A stretch of 64,000 nucleotides of DNA, taken from contig JAYWIR010000013.1 of NCBI GenBank assembly GCA_036172245.1, forward strand, positions 930,001-994,000, given 5' to 3'. The DNA is from Raillietiella orientalis. Taxonomy: Eukaryota. Position 1 is the stretch's first letter, and each line of letters starts with the position of its first letter. A program made the translations under genes and the position numbers. Of the stretch, positions 24,801-37,869 are shown piece by piece. The notes beneath the pieces were generated by a model. It was given only the letters and a program-made list of their open reading frames with translations, was not told the DNA's origin and searched no databases.

Positions 24801-27279
24801 CGCTGCCCGTCCAACCCCCCATCCCCTTCGGAACGGGTGCGAGGACGGAGGCGTCTGGATGTCAGCGACAGCGAGTCGTGGTAGACGCGCGTTCGCTCGC
24901 CGGCTGTTGAGGAGGAAAACGCAGTACCGTCCCAGCCAGGTCGCCTCCCGAAAGCGGGGCGGCGCGGCGGACGTTCTCTGGCACTTCCTCGGGGGAAGTC
25001 GTTAAGTCGCTCCGCTTGTCGCCTGCGAAAGGAGCCGGAGGTCCAGACGGCGGATGCAGAGGCAGCTTCATCTGCGCGATCTGCTAGCGCCGCCGCTTCC
25101 CTGCTTTCTTTCCTGCCTCTCAATCGCCCGCATCCCCCTCGCGGGAGGGATGCCGGAAGCGCTCTCGGCATTTCCTCCTGCTGTCCCCAGCCGGGATGAG
25201 AAGGCAACTTCCGGGAGTCGCGGTCCCGCCGGGTGGAGGCGACGACGAAGAGGTCACGCGGGCCGAGAAGGAGGAGGAGGAGAAAATGCGGCGCCTCTTC
25301 CATCGCCACACGTCGTGAAGTGAGGAGAAAATCCACGACGCCCGCCTGTCGAGCTCTCGTGGGTCCCTCCGTCATCAACAATCATCCGCGCTACTGGACC
25401 GTCCACTACTCCTGCGTGGAAAGTGACTGTCCACTGCAGTGAAAACTCCATCTGCAGGGGTCCCTGAATTCCGGGATTCTACCCACGCGCCATCGGACGG
25501 GAACTCAATCGAGGAGGGGAAGGGGGGGAAACACTGCTATGGTGACGCTGATTTTTTCGGGGAATGATCGATTCCCTGCGATCCCGTTCCAGCCTCAGGC
25601 GAGCAGAGTATTCGTGCAGGGAAGCAGAGGAAGATCACGGGGGACCCGGACGCGACAGATTCGTTCCTGCGCCCCGGATGCGACCGTGGAGTAGGGGCGA
25701 ACCAGTCGACTGGTTCCCGGCGCAGGCGAGCGGTCGTCCCCGGCGGACCGTGTGGTGGCACGCCGCCTCCGGAGACAAAGGCTCCCGGGACGGCAGGATC
25801 ACACCCCCGCAGGGTCGCCCCGCTTCGTCCGAAGTGGTCCGCTGGCCTCGGGAGGCATCTCTCTGTTCTGCTTCCCTCGGCGGGTGGAGACTCCGCCTCG
25901 CAGGACCAGCGAAGCTGCAGTGAACTCCTATGGCTCCCGGGCAGTGAATTCATCCGGCAGCTGGACGAGTCCACTGGCGACCGTCGTGCCCGGGCAAGGA
26001 GGGTCACCTCCCGATCCACTTTTTCTTTCCTTCTTTTCCTACTGCGACCCCCTCGGGGTCTGCTCCCACCCAGCCAGGTCGCCTCCCTCGATCCAGCGAC
26101 GTATTGGTGCAGAGTTCGTGGACGCTCGCGGCGGAGAGGACCTCCACGTAGACAGGGCACCATAGAGTGGTGAAAAGTGGTGTGCAGTCATAAGCCCTCG
26201 AGGCAGGTCCTGGGGATCCGACATAACGCGGAGTTCCCGTGAGCCGGCGTATTGCCGTCGGTCAGTGCGTTGTACCTTCAGTCGGGTGGGATCAAAGGCC
26301 ACTCCCGGGCATCCGGACAGACGGACGCTTTCAGGGGCAGAGAGCGCTTCCGGAAGGGTTTTGGGATGAATCCGGGTTTCTCCCGGAATCCTCGAATCGA
26401 CGTCGACCACCTCCTTCCTCTGCGAGACGCTCGACGACCAGGAGAGGCTGGCCCCTGCCTGGCGGCCTTGAAGAACGTCGGCACGCGGGTCGGGGGCAGC
26501 CAACAGAAAAGGCGCCCTCTGCACCCAAGAGTCAAGAAGAGGGGGAGGGACAAAGGAGAAATGGATGACACGCAACGTGGGGAAGCGTCGGGCGTGGCCT
26601 CCAGGCGGTGCGAGGTGGGAGAACGAGGAAGGGAGGGAGGGTCTCCGTGTTCCCGTCCTGCGTCCTCCGAGCAGCCTCCCCTCCAGCCGGGCGGCGTTAT
26701 CCTTGACTTCGGATGACCTCAGGTCGTCCGAAGTCGTCGTCGGTGACCCGGAGGTCGAGGGTCCTCCCGGCTTGAAGAGCCATCACGAAACCGTCGTGCC
26801 GAGGGCAATCCCCCGGATGTGGGGGCGGGGGCAGAGCTTCCGTCGCCCCGCGCGCCCGTCACCGCTCGGGGAGACGCCGTCCACTATGCACAGACGCCGT
26901 CCCCCGGCAGGGGGCCGGGCCGGGTCTTCTCGGGGATGCCCGCGGGCGGCGTCACGAAACACCTCGCCGTGCCCTAGGGAGACTTCGCGATCGAGCGGCG
27001 GCGTGGCCCGGCTGCCTCCAGAAGGCAGAAACGGCGCTGGCGCCGCTCCAACGTGGAGGCTCCCCCCTCACGGAATGTCTCCATTCCCATCCCGCTCAAT
27101 CCCCTCCTGCGCCATCCCTTCCCTTCCTTCCTGCTTTTCTCCCGCCCTACGGAGGACGGCGAGGGACGGTCGGTCTCGTGAAGAGCCGTGCGACCCCGCA
27201 AGGGGCCGGAGGTTTGCCCTGGAGGCCCCGCTGCGGCGCCGCGGAGGGGAGCAGCGGCATCCCGACGTCGATGAAGACG

Positions 27280-28200
27280 GAGCTCCAGCTCAGGACGATG
27301 GCGTCGATAGCCGAGAACCGGATGCGACGTTGGTGCCTGCGCGTTGGCGGCCGGAGGACGGCTGCGGTCCCCGCGCGTGGTGCCCGGCGTCGCGGGCTCG
27401 AATTCTTCCCGGGAGAGGATCGACGACACCGAAAACGGGAAAGGGGGGAGGACGTCATCGTGAGTTTTGATCCCCCCCATCCCCACAAGACGACGCTGGT
27501 CGGCCTATTCGGTTGCTGCCACTGGTCGAAGCCCCCATTGACTGGACGGTATGGAAAGGTTGATCTTCGGGGGTGCTTCAGGTTTCCCCACCGGTTGTCA
27601 AGATGCAGCCATCCCCTCCCCCTCCAGGAGGTTCATTTTATCGCACACCGTGGAGCTGGTGAGTGGATGGGACCTATCCAGCGTTGAAGAAGCGCGCTGC
27701 TCCCTTCGGGGAGCGGCGCTTCAGGGAAATTGGAAAGCGTCCCTTCGGGGTTCTCTTCAGAGGAGGAGGAAACGAGGGGGAAACCCTTCCTTGGAGGTCC
27801 CTCCAGAGAAGAGGTTTTAGGGCTGACTCCCTTCAAGGAGATCCTCCATAGAGAGTAGGAAAAGGGTTCCCTGTGGGGACAACCAGGGAGACGGTTGCCT
27901 TCAAGGTTCCGTTCCCAAGCGTAAGAGGAACAGTCCTCATCCTCAGGACCCTTCCTGGATTCATGAAGCGGTCCCTCCAGAGGGTGACCCCCAAAATTAA
28001 AGGGTCGTGCGCACCCTCAGGTGGCGTGGACGGTGCTCAAAGGTTTTTGCGAGCCCCTCCCCCCAAGGTTGCGGTCCAGGATAAATATACGCCCTATGAA
28101 TCCAGGAAGGGCTGAGACTCGGTTCCTCTCACGCCTGAGGATCGATCCTTCCAGGGAATACCTCCACCCTGGTTGTCTCCGGAGGACAATCATGGAGGCA
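27280..28200 (+). mobile_element. L1/Tx1-like endonuclease/linker/RT-start fragment
   Basis: Same block order as other copies: TTLVG, TGGAAAGGTTGAT, ALKKRAAPFGERRFREIGKR, PYES. Confidence 0.6.
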
Positions 28201-28557
28201 ATCCCAAACGCTAGCAGTCGGTCATTTTTTCTCCTTTTCTGCATTCTCTTGCTCACTCGAGCCACCTGCCCTCCAGCCCGGGAGTGGTCCGTGACGGCAA
28301 GTCGGCCGACAAATTCTCAGCTCATCCGGGACTCCTCGGTCTGGTAGGAGCGAGCGCTCCGCCCTACATCTCCTCGCTTCACCAGCTGCAGCGACCGCTC
28401 CAGCTCCACCGAGGACCCCCAGAATTGGTGCGCGCATCGCCGAAGGAGGGGGGTGGGGGCCTCGAAGATGCAACCGTTCAGCGCGTCTGCAGAGCCAGCA
28501 TCAGTGCCGTTCCGCCTCCAGAGTTCGTCCGGACGCCACTTCCACGTCCCAGCGAGC

Positions 28558-29298
28558 TGCATACTCCATGACATCCCTGTCGTTTGCATCTTCTACTTCG
28601 TCGGATCCACTCCAAGCCGCCACAATACCGGGGATGCAGCTGAGAGCTGCTACGACAGCGGCTGGCTGCAGGGCGTCCCGCACGAAGAGGAGCCGAAAAA
28701 CGTCTCTGAGAGGGCTACATTCCAGGATCCCTAGGATCGCACCGAAACGTTCCCAAAGGGGCCGGAGGGTAGCACAGTCAACTAAGAGGTGAGGGGGGAT
28801 TCCCGCTCCCTACACCTGGCAAAGTTTGAAGTCACTCGTCCCCGTGTCCAGTGGTGGCGGCGCACATTGCAGGGGAGTCCCCAGGGCAACAGCATAAGCG
28901 CCGACTCCTGCCACTTTAGGGGAAGGATCCTTCATGGGGTGGAGTCATGGATGTACTCCAGGGATGTCATGGAGTATGCAGCTCGCTTTCTGAGAATAGC
29001 AACCCGATGTCCCCACCTGGGAAATCTGCACAAGGACCTCGTCGGCATCCTGCAAAGGATGGAAACTCCACAAAGCGGACAGTGATCTCTTCCCGACCCT
29101 CCAAAGAACTATGGTTTTTTCCTTTTTCAGTTTTCTTATATTTTCATTTTTGTTTTTCCCCATCCCCCTCCGCTGACGTGGCGTCAAGTCGGTCTGCGCA
29201 CCGACCACCCGGCAGTTCCCTAGTGCTATTGGCCGCAGCGGGCCTTGTACCGCAAATACAGAACTTTTTAATAAACGCCCCGGCTTGACCGGGTGCAA
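28558..29298 (+). mobile_element. 5'-inverted (twin-primed) L1/Tx1-like insertion with 14-bp TSD
   Basis: TSD ACGTCCCAGCGAGC at 28544-28557 and 29299-29312. 28551-28932 is the reverse complement of 9742-10122; 28959-29298 is a direct match to 10094-10433. Confidence 0.9.
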
Positions 29299-30505
29299 AC
29301 GTCCCAGCGAGCGGCGCCCGTAGCACGTGCACCGCGGCGGCAGCCGTTGGCGCGGCGCCAAGCAGCAAGGCTCAACCTGGTGTCCGGCGGGGCGCCGAAC
29401 GACGACGGCAGCGAAAAGTTTCCGCCTCGCCCTCTGGCGCGCGTCACCGTCGCCGCGCATCCCGGGTTGCCCGGAAAAATGCTCGCCACGGGGAACTTCT
29501 CGGCAGCCCGGGCGCGGCAGGCGACCCGCCGTCCCCCGGACGCGCGGACCGTGGGGCGGGGCAACGCCGAACGGGATCGACTCTTCCGGGAAGAGGCGGG
29601 CGCGCGGATGCGGCCCGCTGCTCACCTCTCGCGCTCCAGCCAGTTCCGAAAACTCGCCCTTGCGTCCACACCGCGAACGGACCGCTCCTTGCCGCGCTCC
29701 GGCGAGAATCCTCGCCGAACGGGCAACCAAACGCAACCGACTGACTTCGGTCGTCGTGGCTGCCGACAGAGGTTTCACCCATCTCGGCCCTCAACTCGGC
29801 CGAACGATCGCTTTGGTGCGACGGAACCCCCGGATCTGCGTTCTCCGCGCGAACTGGACCGCCTGGCTGCAGGCGTCCGTTTCCGCCTGGGGCGAAATCG
29901 ACGGCACGAGCGAGGCAGAACGCATCTGCTTGAGCAACAGCAGAGACGCCTGTCAGTCGTTGAGGGAGATGGTGGGTAACACCAGAAATCTGCTTTGGGC
30001 GTCGTTCATCCCAGTGCTGCCCTCCCCGCGGGAAGCAAGGGACGGCGGCCATCCGGGAAAGAGGGAGGTGACGTGCACTACCGACGACAGGAAAAAATAT
30101 CCAAGCACGTGGACACCGGGAGAGGTGGCGCATGCTGCCGCCCCGAGTGTCCCTCCAAAAGGACTGCCACGCTGGGGAGAGCCACTAGGAGTTCCCCCGG
30201 CGCAGGTGAAGTGTCCTCCCGCGTTCTGGAACAGTGAGACCACCTTCCCTTCCTCCTGGAGTGGCAGGGGTCGGCGATCCTTCCGTTGCATTGGGACCTC
30301 CCCTGCAACGCCCGCCGACACCATCGGATCCGGGGAAGGAGGTGAGCCCCAACCCAACTGCAGCAGGTGCAGCGAAAGAGACGCACCTGCTCTTGGATTG
30401 CGTTGCCCTCCTTCTCCTGTGGGAACGCGTCTTTGCCGCGTAACCTGAGGAACCCTCTACGGCAATCCCAGAGAGACGTTTCGAAGCACCTCTTTCTGCG
30501 CGACG
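29299..30505. repeat. Inverted repeat pair A, arm 2 (partner 778-1984)
   Basis: About 1.2 kb essentially identical reverse complement; the 373-aa and 229-aa ORF translations are identical in both arms. Confidence 0.97.
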
Positions 30506-30933
30506 TCTTCACTCCGGAAGATCGCATCCCCAGCAGCACTGCGCTGCCCACGTGGAGGGATCATGGCTGCATGGAGCAGCGCAGGAGGAAGCCAGGATGA
30601 CATCCTCTTCCTGAGGACAGCGTCAAGATGGTCCCATCTGGGGATCATAGAACTGGAACCTGTCGACATCCTTACAAGGATGCAGAGGACGCCCTCCAGC
30701 ACCCCCGGTGGCCCCTTCTCGAACCCTCCCCATTTTTTTTCCTATATATTTTTTTTCTTTTCTTTTTCTTTGTCTTCCCCTCCCTTCTGCTGTCGAGACG
30801 AACCTCGCCGGCCTGCTCGCCGGTTCTCGACAGGTTCCCATGGTTACATTTGTAACGTGGCAGGACCAAGCGTCCTTCCACTGAACTGTATGTTGATTTT
30901 TATAAATAAACGCTTTGGCGCAACCGGGTGTCA
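30060..30933 (+). mobile_element. L1/Tx1-like 3' fragment
   Basis: CSRCSE finger, RWSHLG..DILTRM, UTR, AATAAA 30905-30910 and hairpin. Confidence 0.85.
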
Positions 30934-32009
30934 ACTAGTACTGCACCCAAATAGGCCGACCAGGGTCGTCCTGTGAGAAGGGGGGGGGGAGAGGGAGGAG
31001 GCTCGAAATCTCCGATGCACCCCCCGTTCTCGACGTGGTCGACCTTTTCCAGGAGGGGATTCGAACCCGAGACGCTCGGTGCCGCGCGTGGGGAAGTCGC
31101 AGCTTCACGGCCGCCGACGGGCACGCTTTAAACCACCGCGTTCACCCGCACCCATTCGCGCGTGGAGTGACTTCTCGAGCGCCGGATTCACACGTTCCCT
31201 CTCCTCCCCCTCCAGGGGTTCGCTGGGGATCGGTCCAGACCTCGGATCTCCGTCGAGGGCCCTTTTCCGGAAGATGCGCGCTCGCGCTGGAAGAAGAAGG
31301 ATCCCCGTCCCGTTCAAAAGGATCTCGGGAAGAGGATCCTCCAGAGATGCGCGGCAGCATTCCTAGGGTCTCCTCGCCCCGCAGCGCTCCCGGGAGGCTG
31401 CCTGCCCCACGCGGAGCGCGGGGCGGCGCTCCGCCAGATGCACTTTCGTAATCGCTCCGGGTGAAAGCGACAGCCGCTCTTCGGAATTAGCGCTTGCTTT
31501 TGATGAAGCCGGGTTTCCGTGACGCAACAAAGCTGCGCGGTAATTACCGCTAATTATGAAGTCACGATGTCCCGCGCTCAGCATTTTAATTACATTACAT
31601 GCATGGATGGACGTACATGCGTGTTGCGCGCGTTCTCGAACGGATTTTGAAACGTCTTCCTGTGACCTGGAGGTCGTGTTTCTCGGCACGAGGGTTGATG
31701 TTCTGCGGTCAGCATGGCCGGAGTGGGGGGGAGGGGGTCGCGGCGTTCCTTTCATTCGACGGGTCAGTAAGACTTCGCAAATCCTTAGTTCCGTCGTGAG
31801 GAACACTTTCGATTTTTTCTTTGCCGTCGATGGACGGCCATCGGTCACTTGAGCGCGCGCACGCAAGACGGATCGTCCCCGCTTCCCTTCCCGCGACAAG
31901 GACTTCGACGCCCGCCGTCGCGCGCTGGCGACCGCCGCCTCCTTTCCGGAATTTTTTTCCCCTCTCTTTTTGTGGCTCCGGGGGAAGGGGAAACTCGCGG
32001 GAGACTCGA

Positions 32010-32835
32010 ACGGGATCGACCCCAAGTGCCCCCCCACCGAGGGGACTCTGGGGCGCTCTACTCGAGATTCCTCCAGAAGACCTCGTGTGGGGGGGCCCTC
32101 AGGGCTTCGAAACGCTCACACACCCTTCCTATGAAGTGGCAAGAATCGGCTCTGCTCCTGTCGCACTGGGGACTCCCCTGCAACTCCCACCGGTATCACT
32201 GGACACGGGGATGGGGTGGGGGGAGGAAGGGCTGAACTCCAACTGCAGCAGGTGCGGACAACAGGAATCCCTCTCGCACCTGCTCGTGGAGTGCGTTGCC
32301 CTCCGGCCCCTTCGGGAACACTTCACCGCGACCCCAGGGATCCTCGAAGGCCACCCGAGATAGACGCTGAGAAGCGCCTCTTCGTTCGTGGCCCTGACCC
32401 CAGCAGCCCTCTGCTGCGCACACAGGATCGTAGCGACGCACGAAGAGGGCGGCGCGAAAGGGGTGCCACATCCACTTCGCCGTCCGCTTCATGAGGACGG
32501 CAGCGAGATGGCCCCACCTGAAGCACAGCATGCAGCATGAGCTTGCCGGCATCCTCGAAAGGATGAAGAGGACCGCCCTCAACATTCTGCGATCCCTTCC
32601 GGATCCCTCCAGAGGTTTTTATATATATATACACATTTACTTTTATTTTATTTTTCTTTTTGTTTGTACCCCCTACCCCCCCTTCCTTCTGTTGCCGAGG
32701 TGAACTTCGCTGGTCTGCGTGCCGGCTTCTTGGCAGATGCCGCTGGCAACAAACGCGGCAGGACCAAGCACCTTCCCATTGCTTTTGTGAGTTTATTTTA
32801 ATGAAAAGAAACGCCCCCGGCGCAATCGGGTGAGA
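32010..32835 (+). mobile_element. L1/Tx1-like 3' fragment
   Basis: KWQESALLLSHWGLPCN, CSRCGQQESLSHLLVEC, RWPHLKHSMQHELAGILERM, hairpin 32812-32832. Confidence 0.87.
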
Positions 32836-33220
32836 CCCAGGAAAATGTTTTTCTTTTTTTCTTGCTGCTCCGGGGAAGGGGGAGGGAAACTCAAATGGGA
32901 TTGCAGCAACGATTCCCGGAGGGAAGCCGCAGAGCGGGGCAGCCTGCTCGAATGGAGAGCCATCCGGAAGGGGGCGAACGGGCGTCACGCACGACCGGGT
33001 AGGGGTAGGATAGTGGGGTCCAGGCAATTCCGGGAGATCAGGAAGTCCGCCGGCCAGGTTCGGCAGGGAACTGCGGGGTAGGGTGGACGGAACGCGGCCT
33101 CCGCAGCCGCCAGTACGCCTTGGAAGATGGAAGAGAAACCGCGAAAGACTCCCCGTTTCGCTTCCACGTGCTTGCTGCGGAAGAGTGGTTGCTGTGCCAT
33201 CGTTCTTCCTTTTCCTTTTA

Positions 33221-33579
33221 CAGTGGTGCCTCAATACTCGTCGGTAATTCGTTCCGGAACTCGTGACGAGTGCCGAAACCGACGAGTACCGAAACGAGTT
33301 CCTTCGTAGACTTCCTTCGTTCCAACTCTTTTAGCCTGATTAACGCTTGAAGTGCACAGAAGACACAAAAAGGGAACGTCTCGGTAAACACTCTGTAGAA
33401 GTGTTCGGCCCTGTTCACGAGCTACCGCGAGACGAAAGCGCTCACTCGTTCCATCATGAGGGTGGGGTGCCGAGTTCCGAGCATGCGCCGAGTGTCGAGA
33501 CTGTTTTTTTCCCTCCTCAAAATGAGACGAGTACCGAGTTTGACGAGTTTCGATACCATCGAGTACCGAGGTACCACCG
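33221..33579. mobile_element. Tc1/mariner (pogo/Tigger-like) MITE
   Basis: TA on both sides. TIRs CAGTGGTGCCTCAATACTCG and revcomp CGGTGGTACCTCGGTACTCG match 16/20; subterminal ACGAGT/CGAGTACCGA motifs; non-coding. Confidence 0.85.
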
Positions 33580-35239
33580 TATTTTGCTCATTTTTTCTTT
33601 CCTGTCCGCGCGTGTGTGTGTCGTGATGCCCATTCTTCTTATTTCCGATCAGCTGTTTGGCTGTGTTTGGCTAAGCGCGGACGATTCTGTTTTGATTTTA
33701 GCATCCTTTAATTTATGCAAGCGAGGTCCAGAAAGGAAAAGGAGGAGAAGAAAGATGTGATTTATAAAATTTCGTTCCCTCGGTTTTCAGCCGAACAATG
33801 TACGATAATTCATCTCGGCTTCGGATCTCGAGGCCTCCCGCTCCGCGCCGGTCTCCAGCTGGAAGAGTCTGCCGGAGGGAGCGGGCGGCGCGCGCGAAAA
33901 CGGAAACCCGCCGACGGGTGGACGGAGGTGCTCTCGAGACTTCCTCCTCCCGCGGATGGGCGGATCTCGCAAAACGAACGCCGTCGGTAGGAAGCGAGAC
34001 TCCCTCCCCGGGTTGCTGCGCTACCCGTTCCCCTTCTTCAGAGAAGAGGAAGCGGCGGGGAAAACTCAGCCCTGCCTGAGATGCGCCCGGGACGCTCTGG
34101 CCGCCTTGCCCGAACCCAAGCGTTCGTTCAGCCTCCGGGACGCCCCATCCACCTGCAGAGCTTTCCTGGAAGGCAGCGGATCGCGGGTCCCCTTCCCAGT
34201 TTTTTTTTCTACTTCCCGTAAATCCCTGGCAATAAACGCGCCTTTGCTTGGAGGCCGAGGGGAACACTTCTGAAGATGGTTTCGAGGGTCGTGCGTTTCG
34301 ACGGCTCTCCGGGTGCGTGGAATCCGGGGCTAGGTGGGAAGGGAAGATGGCGCGGGTCAGTTCTGGTTGAGGGCCGATCAAGAGTGAGGACCCACTAAGG
34401 AAGGGAGTTTGGAATTCCATCGTTGACCTTTACCCTCCCACTTTTTTTTTTGCTTCCTGTCGCTCGCCAGAATTTCCACCTTGCAGTTTGTCATACGTAG
34501 CGTCCCATCTTGCAGAGGCTTGACAATCGCGTCTCCATGGGAACCCGGTTTCGCCTTTTTTTTCCCTGGTTTTCGTCATCTCATACCGCACGCAGGCTCG
34601 GGCGTCCGCATCATGGAATGTGCATTCTTTGAGCATCTCATGAGCCTACCCGTCCCACGAAGAACCCTTGACCACTGGATGGACAAGGAATCGATCCTTT
34701 CAATTAGTCGAATCTGCAACCAGCTTTGCCGTGGAAGCAGAGGAAGGCCCGGTTGCTTTCAAGTCCGTTCTCTGGAAGAGTTTCCATATTCGAGGAACAG
34801 CGAGGTCTTGCTCACGGCTCGGCAGCCCTATCCCTCGAAGGTAACCGGGAAGAGGAAGGAGAGGAAAGTGCGGAAGAGCTTCCGCCACGGCACGAGAGGC
34901 CTCCGTAGGAAGAACCACAAGAGGGCTTTCCGTCCGCCTCACCGGCGAACGCGCGCGCGGTACGCAAGAACTTCCGGTGCACGCGGAACGGCCGCCGCCG
35001 CCGCTGCCAGCTGGCCGCACGAAGGCATGAAGTTTCTTGCGTCTTTGACGCCAGTGCTCCCCGCCGCCAAACCAGAAGAGGGGTCGCAAGGCCGATGACG
35101 CCACTGCCGTGACGGTTCTTGAAGGGATTTTCGCCTCGAGAAGATCCCTTCAAGATGGTGGAAATCCCTTCAGGTTCCTTTCCTGTCTTCGCTATTTTCC
35201 TTACAGCTTTTTTTTTTTCTTTTCTTTCGGGTTTTCTTT

Positions 35240-37860
35240 TTTGTTCTGGTTCGCAGAGTACCTCAAGAACCGTTGCGCCCCTGGCGGCGGCTCACGCAGC
35301 TCTTTGACGCTGTTCCGCGCCACCTGAGGGTGCCGTGGAATAATGTCAAAAATAGGGAGTACCCCGGGAGGGGTCCGCCCTATGAATCCACGAAGGACTC
35401 AGAGTCTGTTCCTCTCGCACCTGGGGAGGAATCCCCGGAAAAGAGATCACCTCCACCCTGACTCCGAATGGAATCCTGAAGGAAATCTTCCTTATTCTCT
35501 CCGGAGGGATCCCTGGAGAGGTCTGCGCCCATTTTTATTCTTCGAAGGGAACCCGGAAAGGATCCACTACTGAGGATTTCTTCTCCGGAGGGCGAGGAAG
35601 GGAGCCCTAGCGATCGCAGTCGATCTGCATGAAGAGTTCGACTGCGTGGACCAGGAGCTTCCTCTGGAGTTTCCAGCGGCCTTAACAGCTTACCTACGCT
35701 CCTGATGGTGGCCATGCGCTGATAAATGTTTCTTTCAGGGGACAAAACGTGCACGGCGTGCCGGTGCGGCGCGGGATACTGCAGGGCGACAGTCCGAGCC
35801 CCTTGCTCTTCAGTACCTACTTCGAGATGGTGCTGAGGTCATATAGGGCGACTCTAATCACCCTGCCATGTCGACGATCTTCTGTTTCTGCTCCCATGTC
35901 CGTGCTGATGTCAGCACTTGAGGATTTCTTTGAGCTGGTGAGCCACGGGCCTGGACTAAGGGTGAACAGGGCAAAATCGTCGGTGGTGGCGGTTGGTGCG
36001 ACGTCGGCTGAACGGCCTGACTGAATCCGCTCATGCACCCCCACGGCCAGGTGCTTGAAGTAACTTGGCGTTCCGCTGGAGGACTTCTGCCTAGCAGAAT
36101 CCTGGTCAGGTTTGGTCAGGTAGAGACGGAGATCGTCCCGTTCCTGGAGGGCAAGTTTCAGTTGCCGGAACGGGTCGCAATCTGGAACGCATTTGCTGCT
36201 GCTCTCCTTCGTCCCCTACTTTTTGTTTGTTCCGTCCCTCAGAAGATGAAAAAGCGCGCGAAGGACCTTCTGCGCACCGCCTTGTAGGGCAACGGGGAGT
36301 CCGAGTCCCGCTGTCGGACTTGTGCGCTCCGCGTCGGGACAGGGGTCTCGGCCTCCTGGCGCTGGAACGGATGGAAATGCAGGTGCATTGGCGAACCTTG
36401 GTCATTGAAGCAAAGTTGTGGAGCACCCCATGGTGCGTTCTGGCACGTCTTCTCGCCAGCCGTGAGGTCAGACGGAAGGATTCGCGTCTTTCCTCTCGTG
36501 CTCGCGCCCCAAGGTGCGAAGATGCGGTCTTCTCCTGGGTCGCATGGTCACCCTGGCGGAGGAGAACGGCTGGGTGGTCTGCTGTCCCTCCAACTCTAGC
36601 GATTGGTTAAGAGGAAGCAGTTGACACGTAGACGAAGATCTACGAGACGGGAACCGAGGGGTGGAACTCCCTGCGTCTTGACAACCACGCTCGTTGCTCG
36701 CTAAGGAAGGTCCTGGAGTGTCCTGGTAGGAGCACGTGGGCGGAGACAACCCCCCTAGCTGCAACGCTGCCCTTTTTGAGGAGGGCTCTAGACAACAGCC
36801 AAAGATCTCAGAGGGAAGTTTCCTGCGAGATTGGAGGCAAGAAGATGAGTGGTTGGACCACGAGACAGCAAGCGGACGCAACGACCCCTAGTGTCCCTCC
36901 ACGAGGAATACAGCGCTGGGGCTCATTCCATCCGCTGCTTGGCATTCCATCAGAAGAACTGGAGTGAATCTCAGTACTGAAGCACATGATTACCATCCCT
37001 CTGACGTGGCAGGAGTCGGCGCTTCTGCTGTTGCACTGGGATTCCTTTCTTGCAACCCACGCCGACACCACTGGACGCTGGGGAGGGATGAATCCGGACT
37101 GTCGCAGGTGCGAGGAACGGGAATCCTTCCCGCTCCTGCTATTGGACTGTGTTGCCTTCCGACCCCTATGAGAATGTTTTGCAACGATCCTCCGGATGCC
37201 AGCTGGCAGTCCCCCCAGGGACGTTTTACGGCTGCTCTTCGTGTGGTACTCAATCCGCTTATGTATCCCCACAGGCACTTCTGCCGTTGCACTGGGGTCT
37301 CCTATGCAACGTCCTCCGACATCGCTGGGTCCGGAGGGAAAGGGAGAGCCCGAACTGTCGCATGTGCAGGGAACAGGAATCCCCCTCTCGCACCTGCTTT
37401 TGTACTGCTCTGCCCTCCGGCCCCTTCGGAGGGTCGTTTGAGAACAACCCTCCGGATCACGGTTGGTGCCCCCACGGACGTTTTACGACTGCTTGTCGTG
37501 TGGGACGCCCTGCAGCCAGCCGCAGTCCTAGCAGCGCTCTGATGCTTCCTCAGGATTGCGGCGGCCTGGAGCAAGGCCGACAGAGGAGGAAACAGGGGGA
37601 CGCCGTCCAGTTCGCTTTCTGCGGATGGCGGTGCCAGATGGACCCACTTGGGACCTATCAAGACAGACCTATCCTGGATCCTGGAAAGGATGCAGACTCC
37701 CTCGTGGACAGTGGGTCCCTCCCCAAGATTTTCTTTTATTGTTATTTTACCCTTTCTTTTTCTTTTTGCCTTCTCCCTCCCCCTCCGTTGCCGAGGTGGC
37801 TCCTCCGGTCTGCGCACCGACGACAGGACAAAGTGTGGTAGGACCACGTGGTCCTAACAC
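35240..37860 (+). mobile_element. L1/Tx1-like ORF2 RT pseudogene with a second zinc-finger segment in tandem
   Basis: YPGRGPPYE, IAVDL..FDCVD, RRGILQGDSPSPLLF, VDDLLFL, GLRVNRAKS, KVLG/VPL remnant, DLCAPRRDRGLGL; finger region present twice (~37000-37240 and ~37280-37560). Confidence 0.9.
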
Positions 37861-37869
37861 ATTCCGTTT

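Noticed and set aside
9742..29298. RT plus near-identical repeat pair read as a diversity-generating retroelement (TR/VR)
   Set aside because: Mismatches are few and not adenine-specific, the RT is LINE-type and dead, and the TSD plus inversion are explained by TPRT.
33240..33570. Recurrent CGAGTACCGA motifs read as a CRISPR-like array
   Set aside because: Short, irregularly spaced and enclosed by TIRs with a TA TSD, so they are MITE subterminal repeats. No cas genes and eukaryotic context.
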